Source: Fibrobacterota bacterium (GTDB lineage Bacteria > Fibrobacterota > Fibrobacteria > UBA11236). Taken from it: a DNA stretch of 22,724 nt. The notes under the pieces were generated by a model. It had not been told where the DNA came from. It did no database searches and saw only the letters and a list, made by a program, of their open reading frames with translations. Positions 22,688 through 22,724 of this stretch are shown here, piece after piece. The translations under genes were made by a program, and so were the position numbers. The DNA lies in contig JAYUVP010000091.1 in the NCBI GenBank assembly GCA_043753995.1, positions 1 to 22,724 of the forward strand. The letters are read 5' to 3'. Numbering within the stretch: the first letter of the stretch is position 1; the number at the start of each line of letters is the position of its first letter.

Positions 22688-22724
22688 ATGGATACGAAGT
22701 TTATCAAGGATCGTTCTTGGGCCA
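22688..22724 (+). CDS. Probable 5' end of the next operon gene (expected UrtC), truncated by the window edge
   Basis: ATG 22688 with AAGG upstream, open to the window end (MDTKFIKDRSWA). Identity inferred only from the usual urtABCDE order. Confidence 0.4.
   Translation, partial: MDTKFIKDRSWA

Overview
A bacterial genome segment devoted to nutrient acquisition. Left, on the minus strand: a complete phosphate-uptake operon (phosphate-selective-type porin, pstS, pstC, pstA, pstB, phoU), with an unexplained ~190-bp element bounded by inverted 7-mer tandem arrays between pstB and phoU. Right, on the plus strand: phoB-phoR-DinB, then a sigma-54-driven urea ABC transporter operon (urtA, urtB, probable start of urtC). 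Between pst and phoBR lie about 10 kb of non-canonical genes. These are a translationally coupled pair (an 805-aa six-hairpin glycosidase-like protein and a 933-aa PHP-phosphoesterase/GT4 glycosyltransferase fusion with Agt-like motifs) and a 1597-aa secreted multidomain protein. A Pho-box-like heptamer (about TG[T/A]AAC[A/G], 11-bp period) occurs in arrays before the porin, before the glycosidase-like gene and before phoB. The best candidate for a new system is a Pho-linked PHP-GT4 fusion plus glycosidase module, possibly for phospholipid-to-glycolipid remodelling. All family assignments come from reading motifs by eye; no searches were run. No rRNA, tRNA, CRISPR or transposase was recognised.
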